From: Octopus vulgaris
Lineage: Eukaryota
Direction of reading: 5' to 3'
Length of the DNA: 64,000 nucleotides
Assembly: GCA_951406725.2 (NCBI GenBank)
Contig: OX597824.1
Coordinates: 90,024,001 to 90,088,000, forward strand
Shown here one piece after another: positions 27,588 through 41,585 of this stretch. Made by a program: the position numbers and the translations under genes. The notes beneath the pieces were generated by a model, which saw only the letters and a program-made list of their open reading frames with translations, made no database searches and was not told the origin of the DNA. How positions within the stretch are numbered: position 1 is the stretch's first letter; every line of letters begins with the position of its first letter.

Positions 27588-28067
27588 TTTGTTGTTGTTA
27601 TTATTATTAAGGTGGTGAGCAGGCAGAATTGTTAGCCCACCGGTCGAAATGCTTAGCACCATTTCATCTGCTGCTACATTCTGAGTTCAAATCCTGCCAA
27701 GGTCGACTTTTCCTTTCACCCTTTCGTGGTTGATAAAATAAGTACCAGTTATGCACTGGGGTCGATATAATCAACTAGCCCCTACCCCATAATTTTCAAA
27801 GCCTTGTACTGAAAGTAGAAATAATAATAATTATTATTTATTGTTATTATTATTAATGCGGTGAGCTGACTGAATCGTTAGCATGCCAGGCAAAATGCTT
27901 AGCAGAATTTTGTCTGTCTTTACATTCTGAGTTCAAATCCCACCAAGATCAATTTTGCCTTTCATCCCTTCAGGGTTGATAAAATAAGTACCAGTGAAAT
28001 TCTGGGTTAATGTAATCAACATGTCCCCTCCCACAAAATTGCAGGCCTTGTACATATAATAGAAAGG

Positions 28068-28126
<59 letters not shown>

Positions 28127-28420
28127 GCACGTAAAAAGCACCCACTACACTCACGGAGTGGTTGGCGTTAGGAAGGGCATCCAGCCGTAGAAACACTGCC
28201 AGATCTGATTAGGCCTGATGAAGCCTTCCGGCTTCATTATTATTATTATTATATTATAATTATTATTATTACAAAAGACCCCAGTTGAACCATCCAACCC
28301 ATGCTAGCATGGAAAACGGACGCTAAATGTTGATGATGATGATGATTACTATTATTATTATCATCATTAATTATTATTATTATTATTATCATTATTATTA
28401 TTATTATTAGTTCATCCGTC

Positions 28421-28560
28421 TTGGACAGCTTACAAATGCCATGCCAAAAAAGCTAAACTCTTTATACATGAACACCCCGAGAAAGGTGTTGAAAATTACC
28501 TGACAAGACAAGGTCCCACTCATGGAGGTCCTCTCATGAGCTGATCTCACAAGCATTTAC
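28421..28560 (+). mobile_element. Internal relic of an RTE/BovB-like LINE ORF2
   Basis: With one frameshift and two stops it reads WTAYKCHAKK/LNSLYMNTPRKVLKIT*QDKVPLMEVLS*ADLTSIY, resembling the BovB-type WTxYxRHxKxL...LRKILKIxWQDKxPxTEVL motif. Confidence 0.6.
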
Positions 28561-29859
28561 ATAAACACACACATACACACAGATGCACACGCACACTCCT
28601 TTGGTGGCTATTTATGCATTAACTTATTCGAAAACTCACTAGAACTCAGTATATCAAATTACATTGGACTTCCATATCATGACACAGACATATAAAGTGG
28701 ATAGATAGGTTGGTCGACGGATGAACTAATCAACTAATATAGATGGGTAGGTAGTTTTGACTGGCAGACAGATTGACTGCCAGGTAGATTGACAGACAGG
28801 CAGTCAGAATGGTTGACAGATGGAAAAGTCAGGAAACAAACAAATAAACTGAGTGAGTTGGACAAACAGGTTCAAACAGCCAGGTAAATATAGAGGTAGC
28901 GTTACTGATATAAATATAGAGGTAGCGTTACTGATAGTCTGATTGACAGACGGACAAACTGGTTGACTGTCTGACAGATGGACTGGTTGACTGTTTGAGT
29001 AACAGACAGTCTGACAGACTATCAGACAGATAGGCAGATTAATTATGTGACAGACAAACAGACTGACAGACTGATTGACAGACAGATAAGCTGATTGACT
29101 GTCTGACAGATGGACTGGTTGACTGTTTGAGTGACAGACAGTCTGGTGGACTATCGGACAGATAGGCAGATGAATTATGTGATAGACTGACAGACTGACT
29201 ACTTGAAGGACACTCAGACAGGCTAGCAGGCAAGCAGGCAGGCAGACTGATGAGCTAACTAACAGGCCATCAGATTTACTGGTTGGCAGACACAGATATT
29301 TGAATATATGACTAAATATTCAAGAGAACGAACAGAGATATATGCAAAACAATTGATAGCTAGACAGATAGACAAGAAGTGAGGTGGGGGTTACTAAAAG
29401 AGGAAGGGCGAAATCCTGACAGACAGTGTATCACCTTCCATACCCGGCCAGTGTCTTTTACTAAAGTCAAGGAGAGTGAGAGAAAGAATAAAAGCCTAAC
29501 AAATGATGTATGTTCTTCCATACTTTTCCACACTAAACATAGTTATAGTTCAACATAATTCTACTGCTACATGCTCTAACCAGGATTGCTTGAATTGCTA
29601 GAAATCACAGCCAAATGCTCTTTAAATGTCCTATCATCTTAAAAAGATGAAATTTCTCAGACAATGGTTGACCAAGTGTTAGATATTTGAGAAAATGCAA
29701 AAGAGATGGGATGGTCATGGCCAGAACCTTTTGATAATAACTGTGCAACTGTGCTCAGTGACGGTCAACCTAGGGTTACACAATGATCATAACAACATTG
29801 TGGCACAGCTACTCTTTCATAGTAGCACACCTATATTTCCACTGCGACACCGCTATTCT

Positions 29860-29905
<46 letters not shown>

Positions 29906-31339
29906 TCATCATGACTGTTTTAACATCCATTTTTCCGTGCCTGCATGGGTCAGACAGAGTTTAATGATGCAGAGATTCTACAGCTAGATGCCCTTCCCTG
30001 TCTCCTGGCAAGGCAATATTTTCCAATGTCAAAACAAGGAGACTCAACCACCCACACATGCTCTCTCACTCTCTCTCTCTCTCTGTCTCACACACACACA
30101 TATGCAAGCACACACACGTACATACATACACACATGCAAACACACTTACACACACACATACATACACACGTAGATACATACATATACATGCATGCATACA
30201 TAGACACATACATGGAAACACACATATATATACATACACACATATACACACACATACATACACCCACACATACATGCATGCATACATACATACATACATG
30301 CACACACACACATATATACTTACACACATATATACACATGCACATACATACATATACACATACATACATTCATGTACACACCCACACACATATATACTTA
30401 CACACATATGCACACATACACGCACACATATATATACTTACACACATACATGCACACACACTTACACACACACATATATATACACACATACATACATACA
30501 CACATACCTACATACACACATACACAGACTTCTTTCCCTTTCCATCTCTACCAATTCCACCCACATGGCTTTGGTCAACCCGGGGCTACAGTAAAAGACT
30601 TTCCCCCAAAATGACACACAATGGGATTAAACCCCGCCCCCCCCCATCTGCTGCAAAGCACCCTTCTTTACTGCACAGCCAGGTCATCTTCTACATTCAT
30701 CTCGTACCTCTTACTTGCTTCAATCATTAGACTGTGGCCATGCTGGGGCACTGCCTTGAAGAATTTTTAGTCAAATGAATCAACCCCAGTTTTTATTTTT
30801 TGAGCCTGGTACTTATTCTATCAGTCTCTTTTGCTGAACCACTAAGTTACAGGGATGCAAATACCCATACCAATGGTAAGGGTACAAACCCAGACAGAAA
30901 CATACACACGTATAGATATACATACATATATGTATTTAATACTTTTTTTGGGACCTGCAATCGCCTATATTATAGATTCTGTTATTATTATTTTTAAATT
31001 GTTACACTAGATAATAATAGAGTCAATGATATCTTCGCAAATTATTTTCCCGTGATTTATTTTTTCTCGTGAATCATTTGCTCTGTATGGAAATTATATA
31101 CAAATATATATATATAAATAGGTGAATGAATTATCCTATGTTTATCGTCAGCATGGAAAATTTGTTGAACCGAAACCAGGGTAGCAAATTCACGTCAGAA
31201 ACACGGTTGAAGCGACCTGTCCAAGGGTAGAAACTCCGGGTTCATGTGCAGAAATTTGTGTGTTGTATATGAATAAATGAAAGAATGGAGTAGAACGAAG
31301 ATGTTAACAAAATTCCTTTACTCTATATATATATATATA

Positions 31340-31468
31340 CAAAAATAAGCAACAAGAATGACTCCGGTAATTTGGTACAATTGTTTCACACTTACAACTT
31401 TTAATAAAGTGTTGTAGTGCAAAACAATTGTACCAAATTACCGGAGTCATTCTTGTTGCTTATTTTTG
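31340..31468. repeat. Perfect inverted repeat, 47-bp arms and 35-nt spacer
   Basis: 31340-31386 is the exact reverse complement of 31422-31468. Confidence 0.95.
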
Positions 31469-33178
31469 ATTATAATCACCCCGCAAATTTTGCAATATTT
31501 GCAAAAATACAAAATTCTGGTGCATCTAAATTAAGTACCATATTCATTTGAATATATATATATATATATATACACACGATGGGCTTCTTTCAGTTTCTGT
31601 ATACCAAATACACTCACTAAGCTTTGGTCAACCCAAGGCTATAGTAGAAAACACTTACCCAAGGTGCCACACATCGGAACTGAACTCAGAACCATGTTGT
31701 TGAAGATCAGGCTTCTTACCATACAACCATATATAAGGCTGTATATATCATATATACTATATACTTAATATATCATATATATTATATACTTAATTATATA
31801 CTTAATTTTAGGTGCTTAAAATTTTGAAAAAAGGTTTTGTAAGGGATTATAATGCTATCCATGTATAAGAAATTCCCATATTTTTAAACCTAATTTTCGA
31901 CAAAAAAAGGTTCCTTATACATGTTAAAGTATGGTATATGGCATGGGGATCATAGAATACCCAGATTTGTATCTAGGTTTTCAGTAAAACCCCTTAAAGT
32001 AAGGGAAACTGCAAAACCAAACCCTTGCTGACTTACTAGTATCTTTCTATTGGGAAAATCTAAAAGAAAATGCTTTTTATAAAAAGTGGTCCTTACTGAT
32101 CTTGCCCTTGCTTGTCACTTGGTATTAAAAGGGTGGCACACGTGTCATAGAAGCATGTGTCACGATAGCATCAAGGGAAGCACAGATGTCTTATATGAGA
32201 TGGAAGCAACCATTGTACATTGATGTATGTGTTTATGGTATTTTGTGTGTGCACTTGTGTGTGTGTGTGCACATGCATGTGTGTGTTTGTGTATCTGTGT
32301 ATGTGTGTGTATATGTGTGCCCCTGTGTTTGCAAGACATTTTTTTTTCCATATTGAATGCGTGTGAACTTATGTGTATGTGTGTGTATACGTCTGTGCTT
32401 TTATGAATATCTATTTGAGTGTGTGGGTGCTGTTGTTACATAGGTCAGCTCACATAGAGGCAAACTTATAGTTACATGTGTTCCAGATGTGACCATCCCA
32501 TTTTTTTTTTACACTATATTATACACTGAGACTATATTATATCGTACTTATATCCTTCAATTTTTAAAGAATGTTGCATAGCCTTCAAGGGAAATTTGGT
32601 TGTTATTTCTAGCAGATAGACTAACCCCATAGAGGTTACCTTATTAGTCTGTAGTGATCATGTTGCTGTTGTTTAGCCTTAAGCATACCTTTCATTAAAG
32701 ATATTCCAGCCATGACAGTCCCATTGAGATAATATATAAATAGGACTACGTACATTATCCAATGCCTAATTTCCGTTTTAAAGACAGCAAGATGTAGTAC
32801 AAGAGAGATTTGACTGCTATTTCTGTTACTGGAGGGACCCTCCATGGATCACTATCGTAACATTTGTTGCTGTTTAACCCTAGGTCGGCCTTGACCAAGC
32901 AGCACCAATGATCAAAGTCCTACGACTATCCAGTTGGTGTTTAGATTTTTCTTCAAGCACAGTGTATCTTGGACTACTTTATCCAGTCTGTCCTTCCTGT
33001 TTTTTTTTTTGAAGAGATTTGAATGTGATTTAAAAGCGATATGGCTGCTGTTTCTAGCAGACTGAGCAACCATGTAGAGCGCCTCTGGTTGATTCGTGGG
33101 AAAATGCTGAGGTGACATTGTAATGGTGGAGTGTTGTGAGGCTGTGCTGAAGTATCAGTGTTGTAATAGTTATATAGC

Positions 33179-34525
33179 GTGGTGGTAGTGGTGGTGGTAG
33201 TTGTGGTGGTTGTATTTGTTGTGGTAGTTGCAGTGGTAGTGATTGTGGTAGTGGTGGCGGCAGTAGTGGTTATGGTGGTGGTGGCGGTGGTAGTAGTAGT
33301 GGTTATGGTGGTGGTGGCGGCGGCAGTAGTAGTGGTTATGGTGGTGGTGGTGGCGGCGGCAGCAGTAGTGGTTATGGTGGTGGTGGTGGTGGTGGTAGTG
33401 GTGGTGGCGGCGGCAGTAGTAGTTATGGTGGTGGTGGTGGTGGTGTTAGTGGTGGTGGTGGCGGCGGCAGCAGTAGTGGTTATGGTGGTGGTGGTGGTGG
33501 TGGTAGTGGTGGTGGCGGCGGCAGTAGTAGTTATGGTGGTGGTGGTGTTAGTGGTGGCGGTGGCGGCGGCAGCAGTAGTGGTTATGGTGGTGGTGGCGGC
33601 GGCAGTAGTAGTTATGGTGGTGGTGGTGGTGGTAGTGGTGGTGGCGGCGGCAGTAGTAGTTATGATGGTAGTGATGGCAGTGGCAGCAGTAGTGGTTATG
33701 GTGGTGGTGTGGGTGGTAGTGGTGATGTTGGCAGTGATCATGGTGGTGATGGTTGTGGTGATAGTTCTGGCAGTTATAGTTGTAGTATTAGTTGTAGTTG
33801 TAGTGGTGGTGGTGGTGATGATAATAGTGGTAGTGGTTTTAGTGGTGGTGGTGATGATGATGGTTGTGGCGGAGGCAACAGTTGTGGTAGCGATGACATT
33901 AGTCGTAACAGTTGTAGTGGCTGTGGTTGTCATGGTGGTCGTGATGGCGTTAGATGAAGGTGGTAGTGCAATCAGGAGTTAGTAGTATTGTTAGACTAAT
34001 CAGCTGTTGCTGTCAATGGCGGTGGTAGTGGTGGTGTTGGTGGTGGTGGTGGTGTTGGTGGTGGTGGTGTTGGTGGAGTTGGTGGTGGTGGTGGTGGTGG
34101 AGTTGGTGGTGGTGGTGGGTGGTGGTGGTGGTGGTGGTGGTGGTGTTGGTGGTGGTGGTGGTGGTGTTGGTGGTGGTGGTGGTGGTGGAGTTGGTGGTGG
34201 TGGTGGTGGTGTTGGTGGTGGTGGGGGTGGTGGTGGTGGTGGTGGTGTGGTGGTGGTGGTGGTGGTGGTGGTGGTGGTGGTGGTGGTGGTGGTGGTGGTG
34301 GTGGTGGTGGTGGTGGTGGTGGTGGTGGTGGTGGTGGTGGTGGTGGTGGTGGTGGTGGTGGTGGTGGTGGTGGTGGTGGTGGTGGTGGTGTTGCAAAATG
34401 ACTAGAGTAATGCTATCAGCTGTTGGTATTAGAGTTAGTGCTGATGGTCTAAATAAATGTTGTTGTTGTTGTTGTTATTGTTTGTGGTGGTGGTGGTGGT
34501 GGTGGTGGTGGTGGTGGTGGGTGGT
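33179..34525. repeat. Long (GGT)n-based compound microsatellite
   Basis: Degenerate GGT/GGC/AGT array with a pure (GGT)n stretch at about 34246-34390. Similar tracts at 1-260 and 14385-14645; complementary (ACC)n at about 7975-8440. Confidence 0.95.
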
Positions 34526-34759
34526 GTAGACATAACACTTTGCTGGTTGGTAGACCACTCAGTGAAACATTCACAGCCAAAGGTATTGAAGTATGGGAGA
34601 GACACAGCTGCATTGCACCTCCGATGCACTACCCTCTCTCTGCTTCTCCATTACTGTCTGTCTGTCTGTCTCTACTTAGGTCACTGTGTATATATGTATG
34701 TATATGTGCATTCGGCATATACATACATACATATATATATACACACACATATATATACA

Positions 34760-34801
<42 letters not shown>

Positions 34802-35580
34802 CACACACTTACACATACATTTATATGTATATATACATATATACATCCATACACACACACACTTTCACAGACATATATATATATACATACATTCATACAT
34901 ACATAAATATATAGATATGTATTTATGTATATATATATACTTTCACACACATATATGTATATACATACATACATATGTATGTATATGTATGCATGTTTGT
35001 TTATATATGTATGTATATATATATGTATGTATGTATGTATGTGTGTGTGTATGTATGTATGTGTGTATGTATGTATGTATGTATGTAGTGTGTGTGTATG
35101 TATGTATGTATGTATGTATGTATGTATGTATGTATTATGTATGTTTGTGTTGATGTATGTGTATATATGTATGCATATGTATGTAAATGTATAAACATAT
35201 GTATATATATATATATATATATTCATGTATATGTATGTATGCATATGTGTGCATATATGTGTATATATACATATGTGTGTGTGTGTGTGTGTATTTGTGT
35301 GTATGTATATGTGTATATACATGTGTGTAGATATATGTAAGAAAGAATAAAGATAAAGAGTATATGTTTTTGCTTGAGTCTATTTGTGTGTGTGTGTGTG
35401 TGTGTGTTTGTATGAATGCGTAAGTTTTTGCCTGTGGCAGCTGTATTTGCATATGTGTGTACATGTGTGTGTGTGTGTGTGTCTGTCTGTCTGTTTGCTT
35501 ACATGTATGTATATGTGTGTATATGTATGGATTATATATCATTACATATAAACTGCAATGCGTGTGCATATGTGTGTATG

Positions 35581-35643
<63 letters not shown>

Positions 35644-35981
35644 TGCGCCTGGCCCTCCTGTATAAACATTGCCGGTGACAGTGTTTCTGGGACCACTCCA
35701 GCTGTTGGTATTACCACCACCACCACTAATACTACCGCCACCACCACCACCATCAATAAACACTCTCCTCTTATTATCGGCTCAGTTAGATCTCTTGTCC
35801 TTCCTCTCTCCATACTATGACTCTGTGTGTGTATGTATGTATGTATGTATATATATATTTATACACATACACAAATAAACACACACACACACACACACAA
35901 CACACATATGTATATATATATGTATATATACTCACACACAAACACATATATTTATATACTTATATACATACACATACATAC

Positions 35982-36048
<67 letters not shown>

Positions 36049-36454
36049 CATACACATGCGTGTGCGCACACACACACACACACACAGAGGCTCACATATA
36101 ATATGGTTGAATATTCCTCACGGCAATAGGAAGGTGTATACATTATTATATACGGACACAAAGATATGTTTCTTTTTCTTTTTCCCCTTTTTTTTTTATT
36201 TTTCGTTTTTCCTGAATGTGTGCAGACACCTCCCCCCATTCCCACCCCCACTCCCAGCCTTACTCTTCTGTTGTGACACTTTTCCTATGACAATTATATA
36301 AGCTGTATAAACTGTAGTTTGTGTGTGTGTGTGTGTGTGTGTGCATGCGCATACCTATCTATCTGTCTATTCATCTATTTAGCTATCTTTTTGTCTCTCT
36401 GTCTATCTAGCTATGCCTGTATCTATCTATCTGTCTGTCTATCTATTTAACTAT

Positions 36455-36489
<35 letters not shown>

Positions 36490-36492
<3 letters not shown>

Positions 36493-36878
36493 TCATCGTT
36501 TAACGTCCGTTTTCCATGCTAGCATGGGTTGGACAGTTCGACCGGGGTCTGAGAAGCCAGGAGGCTGCGCCAGGCCACGTCTGATCTGGCAGTGTTTCTA
36601 CAGCTGGATGCCCTTCCTAATGCCAACCACTCCGTGAGTGTAGTGGATGCTTTTTACGTGCCACCTGCACAAGTGCCAGACGGGGCTGGCAAACGGCCAC
36701 GATCGGATGGTGCTTTTTACGTGCCACCGGCACAGAGGCCAGTCAGGGCGGCACTGGCAACGGCCATGTTCGGATGGTTCTCTTATGTGCCACCGGCACA
36801 GGTATCACAGCTACAATTTCCATTGATGTTGATCGATTTCAATTTTGATTTTCACTTGCCTCAACAGGTCTTCACAAG
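36490..36878 (-). mobile_element. RTE LINE 3' UTR copy (inverted, head-to-head with the LINE at 36895)
   Basis: Reverse complement matches 37733-38243, including gtgaagacctgttgaggcaagtg and the ...gcatggaaaacggacgttaaacgatgatg tail. Confidence 0.85.
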
Positions 36879-36894
36879 TATTTATATATGTATA

Positions 36895-38243
36895 TGTACC
36901 CTCTATAAGATGTACCCAGTATTTGCTATGGGCACATAAGAGGTGCAGCAATATCAAAAGAAGGATAACTGGGAAGATAGTTTTTGTATGTGGCAGATTC
37001 TCAGGAGCAATAAACACTGAAAATGCACAGAGGACAACTTCTGCCACATTCCAGGGAGAAAAACTAGGAGTAGTTGATAGCTTCCGTTACCTAGGTGACC
37101 AAGTCAGTAGCGGGAAAGGGTGCGCTGAAAGGGTAGCTGCTAGAATAAGAATAGCCTGGGCAAAGTTCAGAGAGCTCTTACCTCTGCTGGTGACAAAGGG
37201 CCTCTCGCTCAGTGTAAAAAGTAGACTGTATGACACATGTGTATGAACAGCCTTGCTACATGGTAGTGAAACATGGGTCGTGACTGCTGAGGACATGCGT
37301 AAGCTCGCGAGGAATGAAGCCAGCATGCTCCAATGGATGTGTAATGTCAGTGTGCTTTACAGAGTGTAAGTACCTTGAGAGAAATGTTGGACCTAAGAAG
37401 CATCAGTTGTGGTGTGCAAGAGAGATGACTACGCTGGTATGGTCATGTGGTGAGAATGGATGAGGATAGCTGTGTGAAAAAGTGCCACACCCTAGCAGTT
37501 GAGGGAACCTTTGGAAGAGGTAGAACCAGGAACACCTGGGATGAAGTGATGAAGCACAACCTTCGAACATTAGGCCTCACAAAGGCAATGACTAGTGACC
37601 GAGACTTTTGGAAATATGCTGTGTTTGAGAGGACCCGGCAAGCCAAATGAGACCATAACCTCGTGGCCTATGCCAGGGGGTGTAACCAGCCCACTTTATG
37701 CATACCTTTACTTCATTGGATACTAAACTCTGCTTGTGAAGACCTGTTGAGGCAAGTGAAATCGAAATCAAATTCAATGACTGGTATCTGTGCTAGTGGA
37801 GCACAAAGAGCACCATCTGAGCATAATCGTTGCCAGAGCAGCTAACTGGCTTCCATGCTGGTGTCATGTAAAAAGCACCATTCGAGCGTGATCACTACCA
37901 GCGTCACCTTACTGGCACTTGTGCCGGTGGCATGTGAAAAAACATTCGAGAGAGGTCGTTGCCAGTGCTGCTGGACTGGCTCCTGTGCAGATGGCAAGTT
38001 AAAAAACACCATTTTCGAGCGTGGCCATTGCCAGTACCACCAGACTGGCCCTCGTGCCGGTGGCACGTAAAAGACCCACTACACTCTCAGAGTGGTTGGC
38101 ATCAGGAAGGGCATTCAGCTATAGAAACTCTGCCAGATCAAGATTGGAGCCTGGTGCAGCCATCTGGTTCCAATCCTCAGTCAAATCGTCCAACCTATGC
38201 TAGCATGGAAAGCGGACATTAAACAATGATGATGATGATGATG
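36895..38243 (+). mobile_element. 5'-truncated RTE-clade LINE: decayed ORF2 C-terminal part, 3' UTR and (GAT)n tail
   Basis: Peptides ...VVDSFRYLGDQVSS...RIRIAWAKFRELLPLL...LHGSETW...RWYGHVVRMDEDSCVKKC...GRGRTRNTWDEV are typical RTE RT and C-terminal motifs, with stops and a frameshift. ORF ends at 37650 and is followed by a tandem-unit 3' UTR and a gatgatgat tail. Confidence 0.9.
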
Positions 38244-38405
38244 AAGGACAAAAAAAAATTTCTTTGCCAATATGCTGAAAAATAGATGCTAAATCGTCTA
38301 ACCACATAAAATATTTTCATTTGTATTATTTCACCTTAAAAGGTATTTTTCATACGCTGGCCACTGATAAAATTTTTTTGATAAAAGTTTATCCTTATAT
38401 TAGAA

Positions 38406-38438
<33 letters not shown>

Positions 38439-39424
38439 CTAAGCAATTAAGGGTTTAGCAACGAATTGCCTTACCACACACCGAATTTAGAAATAGCAGT
38501 CAAAGAGATTATAGCTATTTCTTCTACTAAAAGGGAGATCACAGTAAAGGCACAGCATTTGAAAGGCAAACACAAACAGGTATATATATATATATATATA
38601 CATACATATATATAAAGGAATACAAAAAATGGGACAAGAATGCAAAACATCCAGACAGATGATACAAAAAAGGGACAAGAAGAAACAAGGACAGGTCATT
38701 CAGAGTTTTCTTTCCTCAGTCGAGTTCCAGATTATCTTTGCAATTTCGGTTGGTTATACTCAAGATTGGTCCAATCTGGCAACCCCAAGGAAAAACTAAG
38801 CTGAGATATATATGTTTGTGTGTCTGTCTGTTTGTCTATCTCTCTCTGTCTTTCTCTCCACCCCTCTGCAAAAGAACTTTATTTAATTCCCTTTGCAGGA
38901 AGGACTGCTTCGGCCGGGTCGTGTTCTGCCCTTACCTTCGAAACACGCATTGAGTCGAACCAGGGGCAGCTGATGAAGGGGAATTTTCCTTGTATTGTTT
39001 GTCCTGTACTCTGTTTTTTCGTTGTTAAAAAAAGTCCGTTTCCTTGTTTGATTTTATGTTTTCGTTTCTCGTTGTGTTCTACGTTTATTTGTGGTGTCCT
39101 GTACTCATATATGCATGTATATATACATATAGATGTAAGTACGTACATATATGTATGTATATATGCATATGTTTTATTTATTTATTATATTGTTATTATA
39201 TATATATATATATATATATATACATGCCTCTCTATCTATCTGCCTGTCAGTCTATATGTGTGGTAGTGTGTGTGTGTGTGTGCGTGTTGTTGCAAAAACA
39301 GGAAGAGTATTAAATATGTGTTGTTGTTGTGAAGTGCTGATATTCCACTCTGTCGCTACTCTGAGTTTCCACACTTTTACACTTTGTAAAACACATAAAT
39401 ATATACACACACACACACACACAC

Positions 39425-39457
<33 letters not shown>

Positions 39458-39485
39458 TTTATATATATATACACACACACACACT

Positions 39486-39536
<51 letters not shown>

Positions 39537-39891
39537 GACGAGCTTCTTTCAGTTTCCGTCTACCAAATCCACTCACAAAGCTTTGGTTGGCCCAAGGTGC
39601 CATGCAGTAGGACTGAACCAAGAACCATGTGGATGGGAAGCAAGCTTCTTACCACACAAAGTTTTGTTTGTTTGTTTGTTTTTTATCTCAGAGAACCTGG
39701 GGTAGTCTCATTTTGATTGGGGAACAGAAAGGTTTATCCCATCAAAGTCCAGTTTTGTCCTTTCATTTCTTCAGTGAAATTCTAACAACCACCACCACCA
39801 CCACCACCACTCCCTTCGCCCCTCCCCACCAAAAGTGCTGACTCGAAACTTCCACTTATTTTTGTCTTTTGTTTCATTTCTTTTTCTTCAG

Positions 39892-39972
39892 GAAAGTAAC
39901 ACTGTGGAATACAACTGCCATGTACAAGTCGATGAATATGGATTCTTTATCTATTGGAAAAGTGACGGCAAG
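39892..39972 (+). CDS. PLCB4: PLC-beta coding exon 2 (PH domain)
   Basis: tttttcttcag|GAA...AAG|gtaagc; 81 nt, ESNTVEYNCHVQVDEYGFFIYWKSDGK (VDExGFFxxW motif of the PLC-beta4/NorpA PH domain); phase 0/0. Confidence 0.95.
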
Positions 39973-41585
39973 GTAAGCATGCCCATACCTCTTCTCTCTC
40001 TCTCTCTCTCTCTCTCCCTCTCTCTCTCTCTCCCTCTCTCTCTCTCATCTGCTAAAGTATCGTTTAGATCTAAGCCAACCTTGATCAAACAGATTCATGA
40101 TTAAAAGCATTCCAGCTTTGACCATCCCAACTTTTTTCAGGCATGGTGCACCTGAAACCAGTGATTCTAAACCAGGGTCCTTATAAGATTTTGTTGTTGA
40201 AATTTATCTGCAATAAAATCCATTTTACTTCTACAATAAACAAAATATTCTAAATTTTTTATACAATTCCTTATAATATTTACAAAGTCATTTTTAAAAT
40301 AGACAATAATATCTTTGAAATCTCAAAGCTATGAGACATACATGATTGATTCAAAATAATATGAATAAAGGTGGTGCTCCAGCATGGCCGCAGTCAAATG
40401 ACTGAAACACGTAAAAGAGTAAAAATAAGCTTTACACTTGGCAGAAAAATTGGAACACTAAAGGACTAAAGCTTGTTTATCTATTAATCTATTTCTTAAT
40501 CTTATTTCTTTATTGCCCACAAGGGGCTAAACATAGAGAGGACAAACAAGGGCAGACAAACGGATTAAGTTGATTATATCGACCCCCAGTGCATAACTGG
40601 TACTTAATTTATCGACCCTGAAAGGATGAAAGGCAGAGTCGACCTCGGTGGAATTTGAACTCAGAACGTAAAGGCAGACGAAATACCTATTTCTTTACTA
40701 ACCACAAGAGGCTAAACACTGAGAGGACAAACAAGGACAGACAAACGGATTAAGTCGATTATATCGACCCAAGTGCGTAACTGGTACTTAATTTTATTGA
40801 CCCTCGAATGGATGAAAGGCAAAATCAACCTCAGCGGAATTTGAACTCAGAACATAACGGCAGACGAAATACCGCTAAGCATTTCACCCGGTGTGCTAAC
40901 GTTTCTGCCAGTTCGCCGCCTTCTATTAATCTATTAATCTACCAAGAACTTTCAACTCGTTATTTTAAACTGAAAGTAGAATATTGAATTCCTAAACTTA
41001 TTCCTGTTTGACATACTTGACAAAACCATTTCCTAGAACGTAGTGCCATTTCTATGTTCGCTATTACTAAGAATTACTTAAGTGTTGGCTTTGTTGACAT
41101 TTAGATTTCACACCATTCTTCTAGATTCGGTACTTTTCCCTCTAACATTTCCACAAATTCTCCAATAAAAACAAGCTTAGTAGCAATTGACTATTCACAA
41201 AGGACACCAAGTCCTGAGCTATCACCTCCTTCTCACTAAAATCTACTGTAGCCAAAGGTTTTTAACCATCACAGCATTCGTATATTAAATAAATTTATTG
41301 GATATCAGACAGGCATAAACATCTCTCATCATGATTACCATGATTATTTAATACTCATTTCCCATGCTGACGTGGGTTAGACTGCAAACCAGAGGACTAA
41401 GCCGAGGCCCAGTGTCTGCTCTGGCAGGATTTCTACGGTTGGTTGACCTTCCTAATGCCAACCACTTTGCAGAGAGAACTGGGTTCTTTTTACGTAGCAC
41501 CAATAAAACTTGCCCCCTACAGATGTATCTAAAAGCTGTTCTCTCTAATTTGTAATCTTCAAAGATTTAAAGTGAAACTCAACAT

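Noticed and set aside
28411-28503. Extra PLC exon after a (TTA)n-AG acceptor
   Set aside because: No PLC similarity, contains stops, matches an RTE ORF2 relic; exons 1 and 2 already join without a gap.
28885-29250. Short direct duplications and (GACA)n-like region as a structured element
   Set aside because: Consistent with ordinary slippage in degenerate tetranucleotide repeats; the same applies to small tandems at about 10195-10257, 22060-22226 and 48134-48197.
32974-34529. Long poly-Thr, poly-Val, poly-His and poly-Trp ORFs (mucin-like or His-rich proteins)
   Set aside because: Translations of (GGT)n microsatellite, open in several frames on both strands, with no splice or codon evidence.
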